A DNA stretch of 63,942 bases, filler included. It is 4 parts of 4 records of this genome, joined end to end, with 100 filler letters (N's around TTAATTAATTAA, not from the genome) between each part and the next. Parts side by side here need not be neighbours in the genome. Positions count along the whole stretch, not along the records: positions 1 to 26,609 come from SRR20825019_679; 3 more parts are not named here. One strand, 5' to 3'. The notes under the pieces were generated by a model. It ran no database searches. It saw nothing but the letters and a program-made list of their open reading frames with translations, and was not told where the DNA came from. A program made the position numbers and the translations under genes. Every line of letters starts with the position of its first letter. The first letter of the stretch is position 1. Positions 1 through 10,806 of the stretch are shown piece after piece.

Positions 1-399
1 GGTAATGTTGCTGCCGAGGGCAAGGACACCCGTCACCTTAATGTACGTGGAGGGCCATAGGGTTCCGCTGGCACCGGCCTCGATGACGATGCGCAGGGGG
101 ATATTGCGGGTGGTCCATGCAGCAGCCGTGGTGGGGAGGGTGATGGTCAGTGTGCCGCCGAAGGTCATCCGGGTGGCGGTGAATACAGCCTCAGTAAGCC
201 CATTGGCTGCCGCGTCGTCCAGCATGGCTTGCACGCTCAGTGTGGTCCCGCCACTAGAGGGTATTGTGTCGTCGGTGCTGGTGTACGACCCACTTGTGAT
301 AGTGGCGGGGAGGGAAGCTCCGTCTACCGTACTGGTAGCCGCAATGAGTGCCGCCACAAGAAGTAGTAGCAGGGAGTTGGTTTTAAATACAATTGCCAT
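1..399 (-). CDS. Secreted/surface protein, 3'-truncated at window edge (possibly DGF-1/bodonin-like beta-rich surface protein)
   Basis: Not in the ORF track. My translation from ATG 399: MAIVFKTNSLLLLLVAALIAATSTVDGA (signal peptide) followed by a Thr/Gly-rich region ending LWPSTYIKVTGVLALGSNIT; open to base 1. Same strand as all other genes of the block. The family guess is inference. Confidence 0.75.
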   Translation of the reverse strand, partial: MAIVFKTNSLLLLLVAALIAATSTVDGASLPATITSGSYTSTDDTIPSSGGTTLSVQAMLDDAAANGLTEAVFTATRMTFGGTLTITLPTTAAAWTTRNIPLRIVIEAGASGTLWPSTYIKVTGVLALGSNIT

Positions 400-637
400 A
401 TTGTACGTAGTTTACGATTGTTAACAATAAATAATTCTGTTTAAAGTACAGATGATGAGTAGTGAGGAGAAAATATGAAGTTAAAACAATATAATTGACA
501 AGTTGATACTTCATACAGTTGAAAACAGAGTAGAGTGATTAAAGAGGCCAACAGGGTAGCAGTTTGACAATTTTTTGACAGTTGCATAATCACGTTACGT
601 GTGTGCATCAACCCAGAAGCTCATTGTCTTCTTCGTT

Positions 638-3600
638 CTACAGGATCGCTTCGATAATTTCCTGCTTGTTTAGCTCCAGCTTTCCCACGAGCATACGGGC
701 CCTGTCGACCCGCGAGAGAGTCGGTAGAGTGGAACTCACTTCCACAGCATCGCGGATGTTGTCCACCACCAGAAGGGATGAGACGGCTGTGAGTCGGGCA
801 AACTTATCACGAACTGGTGGAATTTCCGAGTTGTCGATGAAGAAGGATTTCAGCGCGCGGATGTCTTCGTCAAGTTGCAATGCACCATCAACATCCACAA
901 GCCGTCCGGTGAATGTCAGAGCCGTATCACTAAGGTCCCCTCCTGCAGTTGTTGATGTGCGCTGGACCTTCACTGCCCAGTTTCTTGGAATAATGGGGAG
1001 TAGGAATGAAGTCTCGAACAGTGCCGTAATCCACCCAACAAGGTGCGTCATCATACGCTCATAAAGCTCTTCGTTTCGGATTAGCAAGTGGAAGCGAATA
1101 TACTCACAGTAATTCATCCACTGCGGCGTAACGCTGCCAAGCCACGATTGCCGAGAGGATACTGTAGAGGTGTCGGAGGGCCGTGTAGGGGCCGTGGTGG
1201 AGGTGCTAGCAAGCCCAGTAATGGGGTCAATATACACAGCCGATGTTAGGGATGATGATGATGATTGGGCATCAGTTCGAGCAAAGTACCGTTGCAGGGC
1301 ATCAGGGGTGAGATTGAAGTCTGAAATGCTTCGTTGAGAGAGGTACATCGGGGACGTTGTTGTTGGGCTGAGAGTTGCCTGGAGGGGTGACAGGAACATC
1401 TGTGCAGCAACACCAGCCGTCAAGAAGACGAGATGATCTACATTTTGCTCCAAGCAGGTAGCAAGCTCCTCGAAGTTATGCTGAAGCTCCAAAAACTTCT
1501 TTAGCTCGGAAGCATTACTGTTGGTTTCGTGTAGGCTGTTACTACTAGAGCCGGAGCCGTATGCAGCGTTGGCGGCCTTGTGAATATCTTCGGCTAGTCG
1601 ACGGGTGTAAGCAGGAAGCTGTGTGGACGCTAGTAACCACTTCATAAACACAGGGGATAGTGCCTGCGATTGGATATTGGAGTAGGAGGCAGACCCGACA
1701 GAAGAGTCACCCCCACGATTTCTGGACCCTACATCGAGAATTGTTGCAAAATACGCCTCGACGGAGGAATCGAAGAAGTACACCGCTTCATGCGTAGTAG
1801 TAGTTGTTGTCTTGGTGCCACCGTGATGACTATTATTCTTACCGGTTGGTCGAGATGTGTGGGGGAAGCTGCCAGTTGGGAGAAGCTGTCCACCAAGCCT
1901 ACCCTCAATTACCTCCTTCGCAATCTCGTCGTGAATAATATTGAGAATATTCAAAATAACTGCACTCGTAATGGAGGGGTTCTTGGTGGCGAAGGCACGG
2001 TAGAGAGCAATTCGAAGCACATAGAACATGTCATCGATAAACGCCACGTCTGGCACCTCCGACTGCAGAACCTGCCCAGATCCACCGGGCCCCTTCTTCC
2101 GTCCAAAGACAGTTGAGGCGGCAGAAATACTACTCATCAAGCGTTTAAGCTCCGCAGTCTGGCCTGGTGACGATCCTGGTGCATCGAACGGGGAGTAGTT
2201 GGGTGTCGTCCCGGTAGGACCACTTCCAGCGAACCACGTCGTAGTGCCCTTATCAGCAGCAGCATTGCTACCTCCGGCTCCTCCCCGATGGGAGATGGCA
2301 GATGATGCCATAACTGCCTGCAGGAGGCTGTCAAGTCGCTCAGCAAGAGCTTGTTGGCTTGCAGAGTCGGTGGCACTTGCAGTGAACGAAAGAGGTGCTT
2401 GAGCACCACCGCCGCTATTTGGGGAGGTTATGCCAGCGGTAACGTTCTTCTTAACAACGATGCAGTTTTCCTTGGCAGCGGATTCCAACTTCTTAATCTC
2501 AGCCTCTTGGAACTCCTGCATTCCCTCGCGGTCGCTTTGAAGTGTCTGTGAGACGGCCACTCGGAAGTACTGTTGCTGCATTGGAATGTACACCCCAAGG
2601 AGGCTTTGTATTGCTTCAAATAGAGGGTTATCATCTGTAACAAACGATGCAAACTTATTCGCCTTGGATAGGGGCTGTTGTGATGCTGCTGGTGTGGCAG
2701 TAGTAGCAGTAGTGGTGGTAGGATGCTGTTGCTGATCGTTGGTCGTGGATTGTTGTTGTTGTTGAGTAGCGTGTGCCTCCTTGTACCGACCATCTACATA
2801 CGACATATACATCTGACAACACGACACAAGGTGGGATATCTCCTCAAGGGTGCGGTCCAGGTCTTTCGCAGCCACATGGGGCCCCGATGCGATATGATGT
2901 TGACGGTCGATGTAGTCCTTGATAACACGGGCTACATGCTGGGTGCAACGCTTGTGGAGGTGGCGAAGTAATTCGATGAAACCCGCATTTCCAAACACAC
3001 TCGTTACAAACTCCTCCTCTCTCTCAAGGGTAGCTACCACGTGATCGAGTGCAACAGAGGATGAGTACAGGTGGGATTTCTCAGTATTTTTGGCCGTTTT
3101 GAGTTCACCGAGCTCATTATCCACCAATGAGGCGAGTTCCGCGAGGGAAACAGAGCACACCCAGTGAATAAAAGTCTTCATGGCCTCGTTGTGTGAACCC
3201 ATGGATGCCAGCGATTCAACGCTAGCCAGGACTGCCTCCCTAGGTCCAGTAGACATGGCATGCTGAAGTCGCCCACTAACTTCCTTAAAGAGAAGCTTCT
3301 GAGCCCGGGCCGCAATGGAGCGTGCAAGGGATGCCTCCTCGTCTTGTTGCTCTCCCTGTGTGCGAACGATACCCGAAGGATCCTCCTCGTCACCTTCACC
3401 ACCACCACCTCGCTGAGGGCTTACCTCCGATGCCTGTAGAAGCAGCCAAGGTTCAAAGGTCCCGTCCAAGGAGTCTTCATCCTCCGTCTCATTGTCATCG
3501 GCGACGAGGGACTCGGTGGGCTCCTTCAAGACTTGGTAGTCAATAAATGCCAAATCCTCACCACCATCCATACGGGAAATGGTCGTACTACCGCCGCAGT

Positions 3601-4327
3601 TATCTCCCTCCCCACGGCTTAGTTCGAGGAGTTTCTGGTTGGCCTGGACGTACCTAGCGAAGGCAGCAATCGCATCGTTAAGGTGGGCCTCATCTCGAGC
3701 AGATCGGGGAGCATTGACATTGGTGTCATTATTACTATCAGAGCGCTTGAAGGATACTTGGGAAAGGGCACGAGCAATTGTGGAGATGCAGGTGCGGGAC
3801 TCGGAAATACGCTTGACGATTTCACGAGCCCACTTGACACGGTTGTGGAGGGTGTCGAGGCGCTTGACGGCTGATGAGCTACGTTCGGCAGTGTGAGCAC
3901 AGCCCTCGGACTTCGTCGCCAATACGTTGGCGGTTGAGAGGTGGTGGACGGTGCTTCCTGCGCACTCTTCGATGGTCATCTCCCACTTGGCAAACGTACC
4001 GGCCTGCTGCTGAAGGGACATCATCATATCCCCACCACTACCGCCGCGATCAGTACGGACAGGTGTGGCATGGCTAGAGGTGACGGGCTCCTCACCGAGA
4101 GAGTCGACTGTCCGCATGATTTGGGACACCTTCTCGAGGCATTCCTCCTTCTTGGCCGCAGACGCCTTCGCACGAAGTAGGAGGTCGGTACAACGCTCCC
4201 GCAGGTTAGGGAGAGGCTTGAGGAGTTGGCTAAAGGGGACGGGGCCTTGGGGGTTCGATATAGGCGCGTTGGTGGAAACTGGTAGTGGCTTGCCAACTAC
4301 ACCGGTTTCTTTGGAGGTCTTACTCAT
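638..4327 (-). CDS. COG4: Conserved oligomeric Golgi complex subunit 4, expanded by low-complexity insertions
   Basis: 1229-aa ORF. COG4 hallmarks: LDRTLEEISHL, FIDDMFYVLR..LYRA.AT, and C-terminal GALQLDEDIRAL...VRDKFARL. Confidence 0.85.
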   Translation of the reverse strand: MSKTSKETGVVGKPLPVSTNAPISNPQGPVPFSQLLKPLPNLRERCTDLLLRAKASAAKKEECLEKVSQIMRTVDSLGEEPVTSSHATPVRTDRGGSGGDMMMSLQQQAGTFAKWEMTIEECAGSTVHHLSTANVLATKSEGCAHTAERSSSAVKRLDTLHNRVKWAREIVKRISESRTCISTIARALSQVSFKRSDSNNDTNVNAPRSARDEAHLNDAIAAFARYVQANQKLLELSRGEGDNCGGSTTISRMDGGEDLAFIDYQVLKEPTESLVADDNETEDEDSLDGTFEPWLLLQASEVSPQRGGGGEGDEEDPSGIVRTQGEQQDEEASLARSIAARAQKLLFKEVSGRLQHAMSTGPREAVLASVESLASMGSHNEAMKTFIHWVCSVSLAELASLVDNELGELKTAKNTEKSHLYSSSVALDHVVATLEREEEFVTSVFGNAGFIELLRHLHKRCTQHVARVIKDYIDRQHHIASGPHVAAKDLDRTLEEISHLVSCCQMYMSYVDGRYKEAHATQQQQQSTTNDQQQHPTTTTATTATPAASQQPLSKANKFASFVTDDNPLFEAIQSLLGVYIPMQQQYFRVAVSQTLQSDREGMQEFQEAEIKKLESAAKENCIVVKKNVTAGITSPNSGGGAQAPLSFTASATDSASQQALAERLDSLLQAVMASSAISHRGGAGGSNAAADKGTTTWFAGSGPTGTTPNYSPFDAPGSSPGQTAELKRLMSSISAASTVFGRKKGPGGSGQVLQSEVPDVAFIDDMFYVLRIALYRAFATKNPSITSAVILNILNIIHDEIAKEVIEGRLGGQLLPTGSFPHTSRPTGKNNSHHGGTKTTTTTTHEAVYFFDSSVEAYFATILDVGSRNRGGDSSVGSASYSNIQSQALSPVFMKWLLASTQLPAYTRRLAEDIHKAANAAYGSGSSSNSLHETNSNASELKKFLELQHNFEELATCLEQNVDHLVFLTAGVAAQMFLSPLQATLSPTTTSPMYLSQRSISDFNLTPDALQRYFARTDAQSSSSSLTSAVYIDPITGLASTSTTAPTRPSDTSTVSSRQSWLGSVTPQWMNYCEYIRFHLLIRNEELYERMMTHLVGWITALFETSFLLPIIPRNWAVKVQRTSTTAGGDLSDTALTFTGRLVDVDGALQLDEDIRALKSFFIDNSEIPPVRDKFARLTAVSSLLVVDNIRDAVEVSSTLPTLSRVDRARMLVGKLELNKQEIIEAIL

Positions 4328-4593
4328 TTTTAAAATGAATTAAGATCTCTCCTTTTACAAAAAAATAGCTACTAAACACTTTAAAGTTGAAGTTTTTTTG
4401 AAAAGAGGGAGGCAAAAAACACTTTAACAATAAAACAATTGGTAAATATAAACATGATTTGCAAAACAACAAAAAAATCATGAACGCGCAATATGAGCAT
4501 CTTCTCGTTTCTAAATAAATATTTTCCAGACTACTTTCCATCAATCGATAATGATGATAGTCTTATTTCCTTTCCTTTCTGTTCTTCTTCTCC

Positions 4594-7500
4594 TTAGATG
4601 GGGATATCCACCAATGTGGAGGTGCTCCTAATATCGGCGGCATGGCCCCACAGTGCAATATGGGGGGTAGCATCGTCCTTTGAGACGTCCTCATCGAAAC
4701 GCTTCATAGCTAGCTTGGATCCATCCTCTCCTCCCCCTCCCTCGGTGGGGGATGATACAGGCGCCTTCTTGGCAACGTCTGAGCGAGCCACAGGGAACAC
4801 ACAGTTCTTTTGAACGTTTCCCGATGGGGTGGAGGCATCAGAGGAGGAGGAGACCTCATGGGTAGGCTCCTTCAGCTTTAGTGCATTGGAAGACATGGAT
4901 ACAGTGATGTTGCGACGAGAGATAACCTTTCCATCGTGTTCAAGGTTTGAGAGGGTAGTGATGAAGGCGTTCCTGATCTCGTCAATAGTGATGGGCATGC
5001 TCTCAAGAATAGATGCCGCCTCGACGCCAGCAGTGAATCCACGGGGATGGACACGCTTCGAGTAGATCCTGTTGCACTCTTGTGCCACCGACATGGGGGG
5101 CTGACGGAGGCCCTCGATCATGGCCTTCACCACACCATCCACATCAGACTGGGTAATCTTGGGGAGGGCGTCGGTTTCATAGGCATCAAGGAAGGCCGAG
5201 ATGCGGCTCAGGAGGTACCAAGATCCCGCAACGGCACTCTGGACGCCAAATTGGAGATACATAGCCTGGGAGAGGTGGTTGGTCATTTGGGCAGAGACCA
5301 TGTATCCAAGGGCCTCAGTGGTGCGGAGGGTGTTGAAGAAGGGGGAGGAGATAAGCTTACCAAGGCACTCGGCAATCAGGCACTGGCGGTATTCGACCTG
5401 GGAGCTATCCTTATCCATGTAAGCAACCTCAAAGCGGCTCATAACCGCTGCATTGACATTCGTGGCGCTCAGAGCATCACGTGCCACGAGGTTGAAGAAA
5501 TGCTGTCCCTTTCCTTCACCCAACTCGGAGGAAGAGGGGGCAGGGGGAAGGCGGTAGAAGGAGCGGTAGTGGGGGATGGTCTCGCGAACTGCGACGGCAA
5601 CCTTACCTGCCTCGAGGGTGTCATCAATGCGGTCAATAACACGATGCTTGATATCCTCAGTGCTCTTGATGTTTCCGTTGATGACGGCCTCGACACGGAC
5701 AGAGGAAACCAACCTACGAAGGAAGGCAACGTATCCACTGTAGGTAGCAGCAGGGACACCAATATTGAGCTCATCCTCCCAACTGACCTGAAGGTCGGTG
5801 TTGGAGGCATCTGCGACAGAAGTAGCGACGATACGAATGGGCTGGGTTTCGCAGATGGAGCTCAGTTTGCGGGTAAGGCTGTCATGGTGGGTGGCGAAGA
5901 GCTCGGGAGTGCCCTCAGCGATTAGCTTTCCAGTAGAATCCTTGGGCAGGAAGGTAAGGTTAACCAGCTGCACAACGTAGTCAGGTACGTTGGAGGAAGG
6001 CCCATTGACGGTGATTACAATACCAGCGGCGGAGGGGCTGATGTTGCTGCTGATGGAGGCCAGCTCAGCGTAGTAGGTGACGTCCACAAGCTGCTCGTCC
6101 AGCATCTTCAAGGCCACACGAAGGTAGTAGGCGTCCACTGGGGAGAACTTGGAAGTACCATCGTCAGCGGTAGAGAAGACACCGGGGCAGATAAAGCTGA
6201 AAACTCCAGCGATCTTGGGGCTGAAGGGAAGAGTTCCAACAGTGGACTGCTTCACCCAGGCGGTACCGTACTTGCTGTCGACGATGTCAGGGGTAACGGC
6301 GCTCTCAGCTGTGATGTCCGCCTCAACCTTTTCACGAGGGTAGATGGTGAAGTCCTCAGCGAGGAAGGGGTTAGGTTGGGGGAGAGAGAAGGAGGGGTGG
6401 ATGTCAGCGGGAGTAATACCACTCCACTTCGCGAGGAGACGATCGGGGATAGCTGCCTCGGAGTAGATCATGCTGTGGAACCTAGTCTTGAGCTGGCGGG
6501 GATGACCAGCAGCCTCATCCGCGGTAAATGCCTCGGAATCACCAAAGAAGCAAGAAGTTGATGATGATGCTGATGATGCCTTAGCAACAGCCTCGACAAG
6601 ATCTTTGGATTCACCAATGTGGAGGATGACGACGCCCTGCTCAGGGGAAAGCTGTTGGAGGATGTCGAAGGACGCATCGGGGGCGCTGTCATAGATGGGG
6701 TGTCCTCCAGAGACGGCATTCTCAACACCGTACAGTACCGCCTGGGACGAGAGGGTAGCGACGTGATCTTCAGCCCGACGGACATCAGATAGCTCGAAGC
6801 CGATGCGGTGCTCAGTACGGACACCAGCATAGCTATCTAGGGGCATCGAGCCAAGGTTTTTAAGGTATTGAACCTGCTGGTACACAAGTCCAACAACGTC
6901 CTCGACGTGCTCCAAACCAGCAGAGGTAAGAGAGATCTTGACGTAGAAGGTGCTGTGGCAGCTGTCAAGCGCCGACCCAGTCCCGCCAACCACATCGGTA
7001 CCCCATCCGAGCTCGCGGACAATAGATGCGACGGATCCCTTGACTTCATGTCCAAAGATGGAGGATATCCACATGCTGGGGCTGGTCTTGAATGACGCGG
7101 TACCAACACCGTTCAGCACCCACATGACCTGTACACTAGGAACCTTGCTCATGCTGGTGACATTGTACCACTTCTTAGCGGCGGTGGGCGCGACGACAGA
7201 CATGGTGCTAGGGAACTGCTGCTCAATGAGCTTCAGAGCGGGGATGGGAGCGGTAGCAACCTTAACGTTGGAGAGGACCGCGGAGGCCAGGTCGAAAATA
7301 ACGTCAGCGTCGAAGGGGGAGTAGACAGCCAGGCACATGGCGTCGGCGGTGTAGTGCTGATTAAAGAAGGTCCTAAGGGCGGCAACGATATCCAGACCCT
7401 TTGCAGTAGGCTCGTCCTTCAGGGTAGTGAGGTTACCGTTTCCGTAGCGGAAAGCGGGATGCTCGGGGACAACAAAGCTATGAAGCAGCTCATTAAGACG

Positions 7501-7953
7501 CCAGAAGTCGATGGCGTGGTTCTTCTCGTCCTCACTGTGGACTGCCTGAAGCTCACGCTCAACACCAGAGGGGCTGAAGAGAGGGCATACGAAGAAGTCC
7601 AAGAACATTGGAATAATATCAAGGAACTTGGTGTTGTTGGCAGTGTAGTAGTAGGTGGTACTGTCGGAGGCGGTCCAGGCGTTACTGTGTCCACCAGCAC
7701 GGCTAACAGCAGTTTCGTACTCGTCCTCACCGGGATAGTTGTCGGTCCCCATAAAGAGCATGTGCTCACAGAAATGAGCGAGACCGGGGAAGTCGGAGGG
7801 GTCACATAGGGACCCTACTCCCACTGTCATGGCGGCAGCAGGCATAGTGCAGTCCTTGTCCTGGATAGCGACGATGCTGGCACCGTTGGGCAGCTTGCGG
7901 GCACGGTGGGGGAGTGTGCAGGACACGGGGGTTCGGATGGTAATGTCAGACAT
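4594..7953 (-). CDS. Insulysin/pitrilysin-like zinc metallopeptidase, family M16A
   Basis: VGVGSLCDP..PGLAHFCEHMLFMGT (inverted HxxEH), NAWT, VERELQAVHSE, FFNTLRTTEALGY. Start moved to ATG 7953 (aaaaATG context). Confidence 0.92.
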   Translation of the reverse strand: MSDITIRTPVSCTLPHRARKLPNGASIVAIQDKDCTMPAAAMTVGVGSLCDPSDFPGLAHFCEHMLFMGTDNYPGEDEYETAVSRAGGHSNAWTASDSTTYYYTANNTKFLDIIPMFLDFFVCPLFSPSGVERELQAVHSEDEKNHAIDFWRLNELLHSFVVPEHPAFRYGNGNLTTLKDEPTAKGLDIVAALRTFFNQHYTADAMCLAVYSPFDADVIFDLASAVLSNVKVATAPIPALKLIEQQFPSTMSVVAPTAAKKWYNVTSMSKVPSVQVMWVLNGVGTASFKTSPSMWISSIFGHEVKGSVASIVRELGWGTDVVGGTGSALDSCHSTFYVKISLTSAGLEHVEDVVGLVYQQVQYLKNLGSMPLDSYAGVRTEHRIGFELSDVRRAEDHVATLSSQAVLYGVENAVSGGHPIYDSAPDASFDILQQLSPEQGVVILHIGESKDLVEAVAKASSASSSTSCFFGDSEAFTADEAAGHPRQLKTRFHSMIYSEAAIPDRLLAKWSGITPADIHPSFSLPQPNPFLAEDFTIYPREKVEADITAESAVTPDIVDSKYGTAWVKQSTVGTLPFSPKIAGVFSFICPGVFSTADDGTSKFSPVDAYYLRVALKMLDEQLVDVTYYAELASISSNISPSAAGIVITVNGPSSNVPDYVVQLVNLTFLPKDSTGKLIAEGTPELFATHHDSLTRKLSSICETQPIRIVATSVADASNTDLQVSWEDELNIGVPAATYSGYVAFLRRLVSSVRVEAVINGNIKSTEDIKHRVIDRIDDTLEAGKVAVAVRETIPHYRSFYRLPPAPSSSELGEGKGQHFFNLVARDALSATNVNAAVMSRFEVAYMDKDSSQVEYRQCLIAECLGKLISSPFFNTLRTTEALGYMVSAQMTNHLSQAMYLQFGVQSAVAGSWYLLSRISAFLDAYETDALPKITQSDVDGVVKAMIEGLRQPPMSVAQECNRIYSKRVHPRGFTAGVEAASILESMPITIDEIRNAFITTLSNLEHDGKVISRRNITVSMSSNALKLKEPTHEVSSSSDASTPSGNVQKNCVFPVARSDVAKKAPVSSPTEGGGGEDGSKLAMKRFDEDVSKDDATPHIALWGHAADIRSTSTLVDIPI

Positions 7954-8120
7954 TTTTGGGGTTAGGTTCAATTACGAACGCGTAGGCTTGTAAACTTTTT
8001 TTAAAAGGGAAAAGTTGTAGGAGTAACAAAAGTTTATTTTAATGACAATAAAAATAAAACTTTATGTCCAAAATATGAATTTTAAAAGTTAAAAAAGTTT
8101 TACTAGAGCGTCTACTATCA

Positions 8121-10508
8121 CTAACGCATCTTCTTGTGAAGAAGGTATGGTGTTCCCGATGATGTCATATTAATACGAGAGCCTCTACCTAGCTGATTCC
8201 TCAGCGTGTCTACATCACTCGAGGGGTCTACTGCTGATGTAAAGTGTTTCAGTTCCACATTACTCAATTTGCCGTCCCCTCCTGCGCCCTTGGTGTTGGA
8301 GTCGGCTGGGTTTGTGGTGAGGGTGGCGGCCAGGGCGGCCTTGACCAGCTCCAAGTAGTGCTTTGCGGAGATGATGGGCTGGGATGGATTAGCAGGGGCG
8401 TTGCTGCAGACATCCCACCGACCACGCTTCGAAGTCGTCACTACATATTCCGCGAGCAGCTCGTACAGCTTTACACGAGCGTGATCGATTACGTGTGGGG
8501 TAGCATTACGGCATAGATGATCAATGCCCTCCTCATTCAGTTCCGCAAGAGCTTCCCAAATCCTCTCAATATGCTCATCACTATCGGCATCAGCTGACTT
8601 TGTAATTCCGAGGGTTGATAGAGCTCCGACAATGTCACGGTCGAGGCGGGCACGGCTAAGGGCATTCTCCAGGCTGCGCTTCAGCTCAAAGGCAGGTACG
8701 ACCTTCCGTTGGACCATTCTACGGAAATCATAAAGTAGATCGGGACTAAGGAGGTATCTGTCTATATCAAGAGTAGCCAGCGTCGACTCCACATCCCCCG
8801 TCGCCTCCTTCAAAGCCCTACTCTCCCTCTCTGGTAGCCGTGCATCCTCAAAAGCAACGTCATACTTCTGTTGTTGATCATCGTTCACATTGTTGGTGAT
8901 GGTGGGTAGTTGGGAGGCGTTTCTGGCCTTGAGGGAACCAAGGATGGAAGTGAGATCTGTAAGGTCCCTTGACATCGAAGATTGGGGATCAAACGCCTTG
9001 ACGCCAATAAGCTTATCATGGCCCTCTACGGTTAATGTTGGGGTCTGAGTGAACTCCTCCAAGTTATGTGGTGCCCAGGGATTCTTCTTCTTTTTCACGG
9101 CCGATGCTGCTGATTGCTGTCCTTCATTTCCCTTCTCCTCACCTCCTCCAGATGTTTTAGCTTCCTCCTCCTCTTTCTGTTGTCGACTTATTTGCTGGTT
9201 GTTTACTTCACCTAGTTCAAGGAGGCGCCGTGAGTCTTTGTGGATGTTAGGGGCATTGGTGACCCCAATAAACGCACTATTACTGACGGCCACAACTCTA
9301 GAAATAAAGTGTGAAATCACGTCTGGTTTCGTGGTTGTTGTTCCATGAGCCATATGTGCCTCAATCTCCGACACAAACAGCTCCAAAATTTCGAGAAGTT
9401 TTTGCATGCTGGCGAAGTATCGACCATCCATGGCAGTCATTCCACTACTACCGCCATCCTCCTCACCACTACTGCCCTTTTCCTTATTAGGTTTGCGTAG
9501 TCCGAGTGTATGAGGGGAGTGCTGCTTTAGGAGCTCCAGCATGACTTGGTTCAATTCCTCAATGGATGCCTTGAGTTGTAGTAGATGAGAGGGGAGGTCC
9601 CTGGGAGGTGGCGCAGCGGCCGGCACAAGAGAAACAGCAGGGTTGAACTCATCCCTCAAAATTATCATTCCAGACCCAAGGGAGACACCCAAATTATGTG
9701 AAAAGCGTACTGTTGTGGCAGCAATTGGGTTGCTAGATAAAAGGGGTAGTAGGGCTCCTAGGCGGCCCTTTATCTGTGCCTTGGAATACTGTTTGGCAGC
9801 AGGGTTGGTGGATGCCCGATGTACGAGGCCCTCGGTCTCCGAGGGGTCTGAGAGCCACTCCAACTGGGCATCGCTCAGCTTAAATGCAACCTCTGGGGGT
9901 GACAGCCCCTTTACCTTACGATTGCCTCCACCACCATCGAAGGCATCCTCATCATTTCCGAACTCCGCTGCAAATGGGCCTGCATCTGCTCCACCAGATG
10001 ATGATGATGCAGAGGCGGTGGATGTGTACTGTCTCTGAATGTCGTGCTTACTTAGCCAGTAGCATGGGGGAGGAGCATTGTTGGTGTCCTGCCCCTTCTG
10101 GAGGGTCTCCTCTATAAATTCAGCCAAATCCGAAGAGTTCCATGATAGTGGAATATTACTGAATAGTATGCCACATTGGGTGGGTCGTCGTGCTAGGAGG
10201 TCCTCAAGGGTGTCGATGGCCGATGAGAGGAATGATAGTGGCATGGGGCTACTACCAGGACCGTCACTACCTACTACCACTTCACTTGAAGGAGGGGATG
10301 TTGATGGCCTCGATGCCCCTTGAAATACAGTAGCAGTGGAAGAAAATGGGCGGAGTTGTTGAGACGAAGATGGTGATACTGTAGAAGAAGCAGACCGGTG
10401 CGTTGCTGCTGTAACAGATTGCTGAGGTAGTGCATTGTGGGTGTGGTGGTTGCTGTGCTGTGAGACAGCAGCTGAGACACCCAATCTCGTCAAACGCTGT
10501 GTGTTCAT
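8121..10508 (-). CDS. Hypothetical protein, probable mitochondrial presequence, degenerate RRM-like segment
   Basis: 795-aa ORF; Arg/Ser-rich acid-free N-terminus; GILFSNIPLSWNSSDLAEFIE resembles RRM beta1-alpha1. Function not recognised. Confidence 0.6.
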   Translation of the reverse strand: MNTQRLTRLGVSAAVSQHSNHHTHNALPQQSVTAATHRSASSTVSPSSSQQLRPFSSTATVFQGASRPSTSPPSSEVVVGSDGPGSSPMPLSFLSSAIDTLEDLLARRPTQCGILFSNIPLSWNSSDLAEFIEETLQKGQDTNNAPPPCYWLSKHDIQRQYTSTASASSSSGGADAGPFAAEFGNDEDAFDGGGGNRKVKGLSPPEVAFKLSDAQLEWLSDPSETEGLVHRASTNPAAKQYSKAQIKGRLGALLPLLSSNPIAATTVRFSHNLGVSLGSGMIILRDEFNPAVSLVPAAAPPPRDLPSHLLQLKASIEELNQVMLELLKQHSPHTLGLRKPNKEKGSSGEEDGGSSGMTAMDGRYFASMQKLLEILELFVSEIEAHMAHGTTTTKPDVISHFISRVVAVSNSAFIGVTNAPNIHKDSRRLLELGEVNNQQISRQQKEEEEAKTSGGGEEKGNEGQQSAASAVKKKKNPWAPHNLEEFTQTPTLTVEGHDKLIGVKAFDPQSSMSRDLTDLTSILGSLKARNASQLPTITNNVNDDQQQKYDVAFEDARLPERESRALKEATGDVESTLATLDIDRYLLSPDLLYDFRRMVQRKVVPAFELKRSLENALSRARLDRDIVGALSTLGITKSADADSDEHIERIWEALAELNEEGIDHLCRNATPHVIDHARVKLYELLAEYVVTTSKRGRWDVCSNAPANPSQPIISAKHYLELVKAALAATLTTNPADSNTKGAGGDGKLSNVELKHFTSAVDPSSDVDTLRNQLGRGSRINMTSSGTPYLLHKKMR

Positions 10509-10806
10509 CGTGAGAAGTTTAAAAATATGTGTCTACAACTTAAAAATGTGAAAAGAGAGGACAAGAAGAAACAATATACAAGAAAATGCATTCAAATGGT
10601 TTTCAACGTAGGGACAATATTGAGTCAGTCCGGTGCCGATACAATGACACAGGTCCTAACTCCCTCAATTTTAAATGATATTCAATGTGGTTAACATGTG
10701 TGATTGTTGTCAATTCCGAAAATTGTTGTGAGTCAACTTATTTTAAAATTTCTATGGTCCGAAGGGTGCATGTTGGTTGTTTAAAGGGGGTTGTTGTTTG
10801 GAGTGT

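Noticed and set aside
5..424. Plus-strand 139-aa ORF
   Set aside because: Antisense shadow of the signal-peptide gene at 1-399 minus.
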